From an uncultured bacterium (lineage in GTDB: Bacteria; Patescibacteriota; Dojkabacteria; B142; OLB20): DNA of 37,486 nt. Shown here one piece after another: positions 9,446 to 17,671 of the stretch (within the stretch, counting starts at the first letter, position 1; each line of letters opens with the position of its first letter). Both the position numbers and the translations under genes were made by a program. The stretch covers positions 1 to 37,486 of the forward strand of contig CALARN010000161.1 of assembly GCA_937889205.1 (NCBI GenBank), read 5' to 3'. The notes beneath the pieces were generated by a model. The model had not been told where the DNA came from. It did not search any database and was given only the letters and a program-made list of their open reading frames with translations.

Positions 9446-10039
9446 ATGACTGAGGCTAACAAAAATAAACCCGAAGCACAGACACAGGTTAAACCAGTGT
9501 CCAAGGAGGCCACAACCGGGAGGCCAAGCCGCTCAGGCGGAATGCGAAAAGATAATCGCAGACAAGGTGGAAAAGATAAAAAATCCTTCAAGAAAGGACC
9601 AAGACAAAATGAACTAGAGAAGAGGATAGTATCGATTAGAAGAGTTTCTAGAACCTACTCAGGTGGTAAAAGAATGAGACTTTCTGTATGCCTAGTTGTA
9701 GGTGACAAAAAAGGCAAAGTTGGAATTGCTATGGGTAAAGGTGCTGATGTAATTACCGCAGAAGAGAAGGCATATAATCGAGCAAAAAGAAACATGGTGC
9801 AGATTGACTTAAGAGGAAAAACTATTGCTCATCAAGTTGTATTCAAAAAGGGAGCATCAAAAATTATGTTGAGACCTGCAGCTCCGGGTACCGGTGTTAT
9901 AGCAGGAAGTGCTTTGCGTGCAGTTGCAGAATGTGTTGGTATTGAAAATATCTTAACCAAGGTGTTAGGATCACCCAATTCAATCAATAATGCATATGCT
10001 TGTATTGAAGCATTACAAGGTTTGAAGAAAATCAATTAA
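9446..10039 (+). CDS. rpsE: 30S ribosomal protein S5, with a ~55-aa basic N-terminal extension
   Basis: 197 aa. The core IVSIRRVSRT..GGKRMR......VGD..G.VG...GKG..V..A matches S5. Confidence 0.94.
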   Translation: MTEANKNKPEAQTQVKPVSKEATTGRPSRSGGMRKDNRRQGGKDKKSFKKGPRQNELEKRIVSIRRVSRTYSGGKRMRLSVCLVVGDKKGKVGIAMGKGADVITAEEKAYNRAKRNMVQIDLRGKTIAHQVVFKKGASKIMLRPAAPGTGVIAGSALRAVAECVGIENILTKVLGSPNSINNAYACIEALQGLKKIN

Positions 10040-10057
10040 TTTATAAATCGTACTATC

Positions 10058-10501
10058 ATGTTAAGTAATTTGAGAAAAATAGTCGAAAATAAAGGCAAAA
10101 GACAAGGTAGAGGCTACGGTTCAGGAAAAGGTGGCCACACTGTTGGTAAAGGCTCAAAAGGTCAGAAATCAAGAGCAGGATACACAATCCCTAGACCAGG
10201 TTTCGAGGGTGGACAAATGCCATTATCTAGAAGACTACCTAAACTAAAAGGCTTTAGTAGAGTGTATTTTAGCAAGAGAAATCCAAGCACTGCAATTAAT
10301 ATTTCAACATTGGAATCTTTTAAAGATGGAGATACAGTAACTGTCAAATCTTTAAAAGAAAAGAGTTTGATTGATAACAAGATTCAATCAGTTAAAGTTA
10401 TCGGTAAAACTGCTTTATCAAAGAAGTTAAATTTTGAAGGGATTAATTTCTCTGCTGCTGCTAAATCTGAAATAGAAAAAGCAGGCGGTATAATCAAATA
10501 A
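10058..10501 (+). CDS. rplO: 50S ribosomal protein L15
   Basis: GRGYGSGKGGHT.GKG.KGQK.R.G......FEGGQMPL.RRLPK.KGF matches L15. It follows rpsE after an 18-nt gap, so there is no room for rpmD. Confidence 0.95.
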   Translation: MLSNLRKIVENKGKRQGRGYGSGKGGHTVGKGSKGQKSRAGYTIPRPGFEGGQMPLSRRLPKLKGFSRVYFSKRNPSTAINISTLESFKDGDTVTVKSLKEKSLIDNKIQSVKVIGKTALSKKLNFEGINFSAAAKSEIEKAGGIIK

Positions 10502-10503
10502 CA

Positions 10504-11982
10504 ATGGCAAAACTAAATTTTTCTAAAGTAGGTAATTTTTTTAAAAGAATATTTGTTTCTCCTGTTAGAAATATTTCGGCAAAAATTAATAAGAAAGGCG
10601 ATAGCAAATCACTTTGGGCAGCATTACAAACTAAAGAAGTAAAAAAGAAAATTTTAATTACTTTAGGCTTAATCGTTGTTTATAGAGTACTTGCCGCCGT
10701 TCCACTCCCAGGCATTGATATTGGTATATATAACGAGGTATTTGGAGATAATCCAATTAACAACTTGTTTACTTTAGTTACAGGCGGAAGATTAGATAAT
10801 CCTTCAGTTGTTGCTATTGGTCTTGGAGCATACATTAATGCTTCAATTATCTTACAGTTGTTAACATCAGTTATTCCTAAATTAGAAGAATTGTCAAAAG
10901 AAGGGGAAAGAGGCAGAAGAGTGATCAATATGTATACTAGAATTCTAGCAGTCCCCCTAAATATTATCCAGGCTTTTGTGATTTACACAGTCTTACAATC
11001 AACTGCGAGGAGTATTCCTCAATTAGCTGGTTTAGTCGCAAACATTACCACATTAGATGTGGTAACAATGATTGCTGCTCTAACAGCAGGATCAATGGTA
11101 TTAATGTGGATTGGTGAATTAATTACTGAATATGGAATGGGCAATGGTATTTCAATAATCATTACTATTGGTATTTTAAGTGTCTTACCAGGATTAATCG
11201 TTCGAGACTTTAATTTTATTCAAGGTGATATCAATTTATTACTAAATGGTAATATTAACGCTTTGTTTAGTGGTAGCTTTTTACTAGTTCTTGTTACTTT
11301 ATTAGCTCTTGGTTTATTAATATATGGTATTACCTATATTACTGAAGCCAATAGAAAAATTGTAATACAATATGCTAGTAGAGTTAGAGCAACACAGTCT
11401 GGGCAAAAAAGCTACTTACCATTGAAGATTAACCAAGCCGGTGTTATGCCGGTAATTTTTGCTTCAGCATTACTCACATTTCCTCAAATAATTGCTCAGT
11501 TTTTAACAAGTGCCGCAGCTCAGGGATCGTTTTTATGGAAAGTGGGAGATAAAATTACAAATTCATTCTTGTCACGTAGTTTTTCGGGTGGAAGCACTAC
11601 TGACTTTGTTCTTTATCAAGCAACATTCTTGATAATTATTGTTTTCTTTACATTTTTTTATACATTTGTTACTTATAAACCTAACGAGACTGCTGATAAT
11701 TTAAAGAAGGGTGGAGGGTTCATTCCTGGCATTAGGCCTGGAAAAGAAACTGAAAATTATATTAAAGGTGTTTTGATTAGATTAACTTTTTGGGGTGCGA
11801 TTTTCTTAGGTACAGTTGCAATTATTCCTAGTTTAATTAGACTTGTTCCAGAGGGTGCCAATCTGGCAATCTTCACCGGCATTGGTGGTACTAGTTTACT
11901 AATTATTGTAGGTGTAATCATCGATACAATTCGTCAGATTAAATCTGTTGCCGTTACAAGAAGTTACGATCAGTTTAAATAG
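10504..11982 (+). CDS. secY: Preprotein translocase subunit SecY
   Basis: 492 aa with about 10 TM segments. Matches include GIGGTSLLI.VGV..DT..Q and the canonical position after rplO. Confidence 0.93.
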   Translation: MAKLNFSKVGNFFKRIFVSPVRNISAKINKKGDSKSLWAALQTKEVKKKILITLGLIVVYRVLAAVPLPGIDIGIYNEVFGDNPINNLFTLVTGGRLDNPSVVAIGLGAYINASIILQLLTSVIPKLEELSKEGERGRRVINMYTRILAVPLNIIQAFVIYTVLQSTARSIPQLAGLVANITTLDVVTMIAALTAGSMVLMWIGELITEYGMGNGISIIITIGILSVLPGLIVRDFNFIQGDINLLLNGNINALFSGSFLLVLVTLLALGLLIYGITYITEANRKIVIQYASRVRATQSGQKSYLPLKINQAGVMPVIFASALLTFPQIIAQFLTSAAAQGSFLWKVGDKITNSFLSRSFSGGSTTDFVLYQATFLIIIVFFTFFYTFVTYKPNETADNLKKGGGFIPGIRPGKETENYIKGVLIRLTFWGAIFLGTVAIIPSLIRLVPEGANLAIFTGIGGTSLLIIVGVIIDTIRQIKSVAVTRSYDQFK

Positions 11983-11992
11983 TAGCAAAGCT

Positions 11993-12014
11993 AGCTTTCT
12001 ATTGATAGAAAGCT
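11993..12014 (+). other. Hairpin immediately after the secY stop (weak terminator candidate)
   Basis: AGCTTTCTAT (11993-12002) / ATAGAAAGCT (12005-12014) is an inverted repeat. No immediate T-run follows. Confidence 0.4.
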
Positions 12015-12030
12015 TAGATTTTGTTATAAT
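12002..12030 (+). promoter_or_regulatory. Sigma70-like promoter candidate for infA-rpmJ-rpsM...
   Basis: TTGATA (12002-12007), 17-nt spacer, TATAAT (12025-12030), with an extended -10 TG at 12022-12023. Confidence 0.5.
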
Positions 12031-12031
12031 G

Positions 12032-12058
12032 GCGAAGTCGCGATGACTGTCGCTTTTT
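12032..12058 (+). terminator. Rho-independent terminator-like hairpin in the secY-infA spacer
   Basis: GCGAAGTC (12032-12039) / GACTGTCGC (12045-12053): 8 bp plus 1 bulge, loop GCGAT, then TTTTT (12054-12058). Confidence 0.55.
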
Positions 12059-12108
12059 ATCTCTGTTATTTAAAAAATAACAATTTATTTGAGTTTTATT
12101 TGAAATAA

Positions 12109-12339
12109 ATGGTTGTTGATTCAAAGAAAACAATCAAAGTAAGGGGAACTGTTATTGAAACCCTACCTGGGACAAAATTTCGTGTAGGAATTAACATCCA
12201 AGGTAAAGAGCATGTTGTCTTTGCTTATATTTCAGGTAAAATGCGAATGCATTATATTAAATTGCAGGTAGGTGATGAGGTTGATTTAGAAATTACACCT
12301 TATGATCTAGCTAAAGGAAGAATTATTTATCGTTATTAA
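12109..12339 (+). CDS. infA: Translation initiation factor IF-1
   Basis: 76 aa. I...G.V.E.LP...FRV......H.V.A.ISGKMR...I.L..GD.V..E..PYDL.KGRI.YRY matches IF-1. Confidence 0.95.
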   Translation: MVVDSKKTIKVRGTVIETLPGTKFRVGINIQGKEHVVFAYISGKMRMHYIKLQVGDEVDLEITPYDLAKGRIIYRY

Positions 12340-12344
12340 AAATT

Positions 12345-12476
12345 ATGAAAGTAAAAGCTTCAGTAAAAAAACGCTGTGAACACTGTTACTTTGTACAAAG
12401 AAGAAACAAATCAGGCAAGAAAGTACTTTATGTTTATTGTAAACGAAATACCCGTCATAAACAAAGACAGGGTTAA
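12345..12476 (+). CDS. rpmJ: 50S ribosomal protein L36 (43 aa; absent from the supplied ORF track)
   Basis: Manual translation gives [43 protein letters not shown]. This matches the L36 pattern MKV.ASVKK.C..C......G...V.C....HKQRQG, and the gene sits in the canonical infA-rpmJ-rpsM position. Confidence 0.9.
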   Translation: MKVKASVKKRCEHCYFVQRRNKSGKKVLYVYCKRNTRHKQRQG

Positions 12477-12504
12477 TTTAAATCTTATTAGTTATTAATT
12501 AATT

Positions 12505-12885
12505 ATGGCTAGAATCGCAGGGGTAGAATTACCAAGCAACAAAAGAGTAGAGATTGGTTTAACCTATATTTTCGGTATTGGTTTAGCTACATCTCAGAAA
12601 ATTTTGGCTACTACTAACATTAATCCTGATATTAGAGTAAGTGAGCTTTCAGAGTCAGAAGTTCAAAGATTGAGTGTGCAACTTAAAGCTTTGATGATTG
12701 AGGGTGACCTTAGACAAAAGCAATTTAGAGATATCAAAAGACTGAAAGATATTAAATGTTACCGTGGCATCAGACATAAAGTAGGATTACCAGTTAGAGG
12801 TCAGAATACTAGAACCAACTCAGTTACTAGAAAGGGTAAAAACATTGCTGTTGGTGGATTAAAGAGAAAATTAGAAAAGACATAG
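12505..12885 (+). CDS. rpsM: 30S ribosomal protein S13
   Basis: MARIAGV.LP..KRVEIGLTYI.GIG...S..IL....I matches S13. Confidence 0.96.
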   Translation: MARIAGVELPSNKRVEIGLTYIFGIGLATSQKILATTNINPDIRVSELSESEVQRLSVQLKALMIEGDLRQKQFRDIKRLKDIKCYRGIRHKVGLPVRGQNTRTNSVTRKGKNIAVGGLKRKLEKT

Positions 12886-12928
12886 GTTTTAAAAATTATT
12901 ATTTATTCATTTTTTATACGTTTGTTTA

Positions 12929-13348
12929 GTGGAAGCAAAAAAAACTCAAAACAAGAAAGTAGTTATCAAAGCTACTCCAGATAAAAAAAAGAAAAGAGTA
13001 CAGGTTCCTAAAGTAAAAGTATATGTAAAATCTACATATAACAATACTATTGTAACAATCACCGACTACAGTGGGAATGTGTTAACTCAAAGCAGTCCGG
13101 GTATGGTAGGCTTTACTGGCTCAAAAAAGAGCACGGCTTATGCAGCAACAAAGGCTGCAGAATTAGCAGTTGAAAGAGCTCAGAAATTCGGAGTAAAAGA
13201 GGCTATGGTTATCATTAAAGGCACAGGTATGGGTAGACAAGCTGCTGTAAAAGGTTTAAGAACAGCAGGTTTAAATATTGTTTCTCTCTCAGATTTCACA
13301 CCAGTTCCTCATGGTGGTGTAACTCCTAGAAAGAAACCAAGAGCTTAA
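12929..13348 (+). CDS. rpsK: 30S ribosomal protein S11 (GTG start, basic N-terminal extension)
   Basis: V.V.ST.NNTIVTITD..GN.L...S.G..GF.GS.KST.YAA..AAE matches S11. Confidence 0.93.
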   Translation: MEAKKTQNKKVVIKATPDKKKKRVQVPKVKVYVKSTYNNTIVTITDYSGNVLTQSSPGMVGFTGSKKSTAYAATKAAELAVERAQKFGVKEAMVIIKGTGMGRQAAVKGLRTAGLNIVSLSDFTPVPHGGVTPRKKPRA

Positions 13349-13376
13349 AATTACGATTATATTATTAAATTAGAAA

Positions 13377-13967
13377 ATGGCAAGATATACAGGACCAAAA
13401 TGGAAAATCTCTAGACGCGAAAACTACGATGTTTTTGGTAGTGGTGCGTGGAGAAAAAGACCAACACTTCCAGGTCAACATCCTACCTCAAAAGGTAGAC
13501 CTTCAAACTATGCAATTCAGTTTCGAGAGAAGCAAAAATTGAAAAGATCTTACGGCATGTTAGAGAAGCAATTTAGAAATACTTACAAGAAGGCTTCTAA
13601 GGCTACAGGTAATACTGGCTTGAGATTTTTACAATTATTAGAATTAAGACTAGATAATGTCGTTTACAAATTAGGTTTAGCAAAATCAATTATGCAAGCA
13701 AGACAATTTGTAACACATGGTTTGATTACTGTTAACGAGAAGAAAGCTAGTATTCCGTCAATGACTCTTAAAGTAGGTGATGTTATTGCTTACAAAGAAT
13801 CATTTGCAAAAGGAACAATGGCACAAACAATTTTAGCTGAAAACAAAGCAGCCAAAATCTCAATTCCTCAATGGTTAGAAAATGGCAAAGTAAACGCATT
13901 ACCTACCCGTGAGATGATTGATCAAGGAATTAAAGAACAATTAGTAGTTGAACTTTATTCTAGATAA
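13377..13967 (+). CDS. rpsD: 30S ribosomal protein S4
   Basis: MARYTGPKWK.SRRE......YG..EKQFR..Y..A........LL..LE.RLDNVVY..G.A.S...ARQ.V.HG matches S4. Confidence 0.95.
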   Translation: MARYTGPKWKISRRENYDVFGSGAWRKRPTLPGQHPTSKGRPSNYAIQFREKQKLKRSYGMLEKQFRNTYKKASKATGNTGLRFLQLLELRLDNVVYKLGLAKSIMQARQFVTHGLITVNEKKASIPSMTLKVGDVIAYKESFAKGTMAQTILAENKAAKISIPQWLENGKVNALPTREMIDQGIKEQLVVELYSR

Positions 13968-13992
13968 AATATATTTTATTAAACTAACCATC

Positions 13993-14937
13993 ATGATAGG
14001 TTTAGACAAATTTAAAATAACAAAAGAGAAAGAAGACAGCTACAATGGTGTGTTTAAGATTGGTCCTTTACCTAAAGGCTATGGTGTTACTTTAAGCAAC
14101 TCATTAAGAAGAATTCTTTTATCTTCAATTCCTGGAGCAGCAGTTACTGCAGTAAGAATTGAAGGTGTAAAACATGAATATTCGACACTTGCGGGCTTGC
14201 AAGAAGATGTCATTACCCTTGTAATGAAGTTAAAGGAACTTGCAGTAAAAAAATACTCAGATGATAAACGAGTTTTAAAAGTTAAAATTAAGGGTAAAAA
14301 GAATTCAGTATTGGTATTAACAGCACAAGATTTTGAAATTCCTAGTGATGTTGAGATTATTAATCCAGAACTTGAAATTGCTACATTAACCAGTGACATT
14401 GATTTAAATATTGAAATCACTGTAGAATCCGGTGTTGGTTATGCTTACCCTAATGAAGAACTCAGAGAAGAGCTTGGCTTAATTCCCGTTGATGCCATTT
14501 ACTCTCCTGTAAAAAGAGTTCAGGTTGAAGTTACCAAGACTCGTGTTGGACGCGATACTGACTTAGACCAGATCGAAATGCAAATAGTTACTGATGGTAC
14601 TATTAAGCCTTCAGAAAGCTTATTAAAAGCTTCAGAAATATTTGATATGCTTGCCAACAGACTTGTTGATTTATTAGGTGGTGATTCTTCAATATTGAAA
14701 GACTTACCAACAGCAGAAGCCGATAGCGAAATTGTAGAGGAGAAGAAAATCTTGATTGGTGAATTAAATCTCTCCACAAGATTAAATAACGCGTTATTAA
14801 ATGCAGGAATTACTAATTTACCAGATTTAGCAAACTACAAGCTTGATGAAGTTGCAAACTTTAGAGGCATGGGTAAAAAATCTTTAGGTGAATTACAAGA
14901 AGTAGTCTCAGCACATAATATTCAATTTAAAAGTTAA
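13993..14937 (+). CDS. rpoA: DNA-directed RNA polymerase subunit alpha
   Basis: F.IGPL..GYG.TLGNSLRRILLSSIPGAAVTAV.IEGV.HE.S...G..EDV, plus a C-terminal domain with L.LS.R..N.L..AGI. The ATG at 13993 is preferred to the TTG at 13948, which overlaps rpsD. Confidence 0.93.
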   Translation: MIGLDKFKITKEKEDSYNGVFKIGPLPKGYGVTLSNSLRRILLSSIPGAAVTAVRIEGVKHEYSTLAGLQEDVITLVMKLKELAVKKYSDDKRVLKVKIKGKKNSVLVLTAQDFEIPSDVEIINPELEIATLTSDIDLNIEITVESGVGYAYPNEELREELGLIPVDAIYSPVKRVQVEVTKTRVGRDTDLDQIEMQIVTDGTIKPSESLLKASEIFDMLANRLVDLLGGDSSILKDLPTAEADSEIVEEKKILIGELNLSTRLNNALLNAGITNLPDLANYKLDEVANFRGMGKKSLGELQEVVSAHNIQFKS

Positions 14938-14948
14938 GAAAAGCAGTA

Positions 14949-15479
14949 ATGAATAGCAAAACAGTTCTCACAAAAGTTGGCAGAAAAAAATCTCATCGCG
15001 ATGCTTTAGCTTTAAACTTATTGAATGATTTATTGGTGTATGAATATATGACAACCACAAAAGCAAAGGCTGGATTGGTTGTAGGAAGATTTGATGCAGT
15101 AATAAACATTCTCAAAAGCTCAAAGACAGATTTTGAAAAAAGACGTGTTTTGACAGAAATGTTAAAAAACGAAAATTCAGTTGCAAAGCTCTTTGATGTA
15201 TACGCCAAGAGATTTGAAAAAGAAAGTTCAGGCCTAGTTAAAGTATACAAAGTTGGCCATAGAGTTGGTGATAATGCAGAAATGGTTAAATTAATGGTCA
15301 AGGGTTATGTATATAAAGAGCTTGGTAAAAAGGTAAGCGATAAACCATTAAAGAAAGTAGCCAAAACTACAAAAACAACTGAAGTGGTTAATCCAATACA
15401 AACCAAAGTTGCCACCCAAAAAAGTCAACTAGCATCAAATGCTAATGCAGCAAAAGTTAAAACTAGATCAGGAATATAA
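14949..15479 (+). CDS. rplQ: 50S ribosomal protein L17, with a ~55-aa C-terminal extension
   Basis: GRK.SHR.AL..NL...L...E.I.TT..KA, and the position after rpoA. Confidence 0.9.
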   Translation: MNSKTVLTKVGRKKSHRDALALNLLNDLLVYEYMTTTKAKAGLVVGRFDAVINILKSSKTDFEKRRVLTEMLKNENSVAKLFDVYAKRFEKESSGLVKVYKVGHRVGDNAEMVKLMVKGYVYKELGKKVSDKPLKKVAKTTKTTEVVNPIQTKVATQKSQLASNANAAKVKTRSGI

Positions 15480-15484
15480 TTATC

Positions 15485-15922
15485 ATGACAAAGATTACAA
15501 GAAGTATAAAAGCTAAAGAAGTAGAAAAAAAATGGATAGTCATTGACGCTACAGATGTTAGACTAGGAAAGCTAGCAACAAATGTATCTTCTTTATTGCT
15601 CGGTAAAGGAAAAATTACCAGAACAGATTACTTAGATGGTGGTGATAATGTTATTGTTATCAATGCCGCTAAGGTTTCTGTAAACAGTACAGCTTTGAGA
15701 CAAAAAATGTACTATAAACATAGTGGTTATATGAGTGGTCTAAGTAGCAAAAGCTTAGCTGAGTTATTAGTAACTAACCCAAGTTATGTTATTAATCAAG
15801 CAGTTTGGGGAATGCTTCCTAAAACTAGAATGGGTAAAAAAATGCTCAAGCATTTACATATATTTGCAAATGCAGAACATAATTTACAGGCTCAAAACCC
15901 TACTTTGATTAAAGTTAAATAA
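15485..15922 (+). CDS. rplM: 50S ribosomal protein L13
   Basis: W.VIDA....LG.LA..V...L.GK.K......D.GD.VIVINA.K........K.YY.HSGY.G matches L13. Confidence 0.94.
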   Translation: MTKITRSIKAKEVEKKWIVIDATDVRLGKLATNVSSLLLGKGKITRTDYLDGGDNVIVINAAKVSVNSTALRQKMYYKHSGYMSGLSSKSLAELLVTNPSYVINQAVWGMLPKTRMGKKMLKHLHIFANAEHNLQAQNPTLIKVK

Positions 15923-15942
15923 TTAATTAGATATTTGTCAGT

Positions 15943-16335
15943 ATGGATAATAAATATTTTTATGCAAAAGGTAGAAGAAAAACATCAGTAGCTGGTGTAA
16001 GAGTCATGGAAGGCAAAGGCGAAGTAACAATAAATGGTAAGCCATTTAACGAGTACTTCAAATGGGAAACAGATAGAAGAGATGTTTTAGCTCCTTTAGC
16101 TGCTACCGAGTTACTAGATAAAATGTACTTTACAGTAAGAGTTTCTGGTGGAGGTATAAAAGGTCAAAAAGATGCTGTTGTACACGGGCTTGCAAGAGCT
16201 CTAGTAAAAATGGATAAAGATCTTAAGCCTGTACTTAAGACGAAGGGCTTTATGACTAGAGATGACAGAATGGTTGAAAGAAAACATACTGGTTTGAGAA
16301 AAGCTAGAAAATCACCTCAGTATTCTAAGCGTTAA
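15943..16335 (+). CDS. rpsI: 30S ribosomal protein S9
   Basis: GRRK.SVA.VR...G.G...ING......V.V.GGG..GQ..A...G.ARAL...LTRD.R.VERK..G..KARK.PQ.SKR matches S9. Confidence 0.95.
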   Translation: MDNKYFYAKGRRKTSVAGVRVMEGKGEVTINGKPFNEYFKWETDRRDVLAPLAATELLDKMYFTVRVSGGGIKGQKDAVVHGLARALVKMDKDLKPVLKTKGFMTRDDRMVERKHTGLRKARKSPQYSKR

Positions 16336-16363
16336 AAAGGTAGTTATAAATTAAATATAAAAG

Positions 16364-16385
16364 ACGGGCTTCGGTCCGTTTTTTG
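16364..16385. terminator. Bidirectional terminator hairpin between convergent rpsI and the MFS gene
   Basis: ACGGGC (16364-16369), TTCG tetraloop, GTCCGT (16374-16379), then a T-run to 16384. An A-run upstream (16359-16362) gives a T-run on the minus strand. Confidence 0.65.
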
Positions 16386-17606
16386 TTAGTATTTGTCAGA
16401 CAGATTATTCGTTTTTATGGGACTTCGATTTGAAATAGTAGAGTATAGTAGAGTAAGGGAAACTATGATAGCAATTGCTCCTAGTAGCATCTTGAGATAA
16501 CCTGAGTCAACGATTAATCCTGCTAAGGGTGACAACAAAATTAATGGAAGTTTTATTAGCATAGCTATTGTTGAAAGCGTTGTCGCTCTATACATTGAAG
16601 GTGTTTGTTCGTTAATAATTATCGTAATCCAACTATAGGTGAATGTGCCAGCTAATGACATCAAGATAGCCGCTAAAAAAGCGATAATCTGATTATTTGT
16701 GCTGAACATGATTAAGCATAAAACCATAATCGCACCTAGACCAAGAATTGCGGAAAAGTCAGATATTTTTTTTCTAAATTTCGGGAGATAGTTTATAGTG
16801 ATTGCCGAAATAATTCCGTAAATTACAAAAATAGCACCCATAGACAATGCGTCAAATTGAAATTCAAGAAGTATGGCTGGCTTCATGAAGCCCCATCCGT
16901 AGAGATAGTCTACCCCTAGAAGTATGATAATTAGTATAAAGTATGGTTTTAACACTGGTCTAAGTAATTGTTTAAATCCTGTGCGGGTTTGAAGCCAATA
17001 ATTCTTCCAAGAAAACTTTATTGTATCTACTTTGGGTTCGGTCATCTTAAAACTGGAAATAGTACCGATTAGAAAGGTGAGGGCCCATAATAAGAAAGGT
17101 AGTCGCGGATTATAACTTGCTGCGATGGCTCCAATACCTGCTGCAATAATAAATGCAATTGCTTTTATTGAAATGCTAAATGAGTAAACCTTGTCGAAAC
17201 CATATTTAGATTTGTTATCAATTAAGGAATCATATGCGAAAGCCTCTGCAGTTCCTGAATAAAGAGCTAGGCCTGTAAACAACAACAAATTACTACTAAA
17301 AAGAACCAATGATGAATTTGCTAGACTCATTGTAATTAGGCTTATAAAAACAATCAAAAAAGATAGTTGAATTGTTTTCTTTTTGCCTAGTAAATCTGCA
17401 AATGCGCCACTAGGGATTTCTAGTAGCATACCAAGACATAAAGCAATTGCGTCAATTATTCCCAATTCCGTATAGCTAAAATACATTAAGAAGAGGAAAA
17501 TCCAGTTACCTTCAGTGAAAAAACTATCATGAATGTATGAAAAAAGATAATACAATCTAATATTGGGAACATCTATTCCCGGAATTTTTTTAAGTAGTTT
17601 TTTCAA
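16386..17606 (-). CDS. MFS-type transporter
   Basis: 406 aa with about 12 hydrophobic segments. MFS motif-A-like GAFADLLGKKKT follows TM2. Confidence 0.7.
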   Translation of the reverse strand: MKKLLKKIPGIDVPNIRLYYLFSYIHDSFFTEGNWIFLFLMYFSYTELGIIDAIALCLGMLLEIPSGAFADLLGKKKTIQLSFLIVFISLITMSLANSSLVLFSSNLLLFTGLALYSGTAEAFAYDSLIDNKSKYGFDKVYSFSISIKAIAFIIAAGIGAIAASYNPRLPFLLWALTFLIGTISSFKMTEPKVDTIKFSWKNYWLQTRTGFKQLLRPVLKPYFILIIILLGVDYLYGWGFMKPAILLEFQFDALSMGAIFVIYGIISAITINYLPKFRKKISDFSAILGLGAIMVLCLIMFSTNNQIIAFLAAILMSLAGTFTYSWITIIINEQTPSMYRATTLSTIAMLIKLPLILLSPLAGLIVDSGYLKMLLGAIAIIVSLTLLYSTISNRSPIKTNNLSDKY

Positions 17607-17671
17607 CGCTATTAATACGATTCAATGAACTTATAATACATTAAATACTTTAGTTTTGGTAGAATGAAGTC

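Noticed and set aside
13948-13992. Upstream TTG extension of rpoA, and the analogous 34499-34585 extension of greA in the ORF track.
   Set aside because: The extensions overlap the preceding genes and add non-homologous residues. The conserved protein N-termini begin at the ATG at 13993 (rpoA) and the ATG at 34586 (greA).
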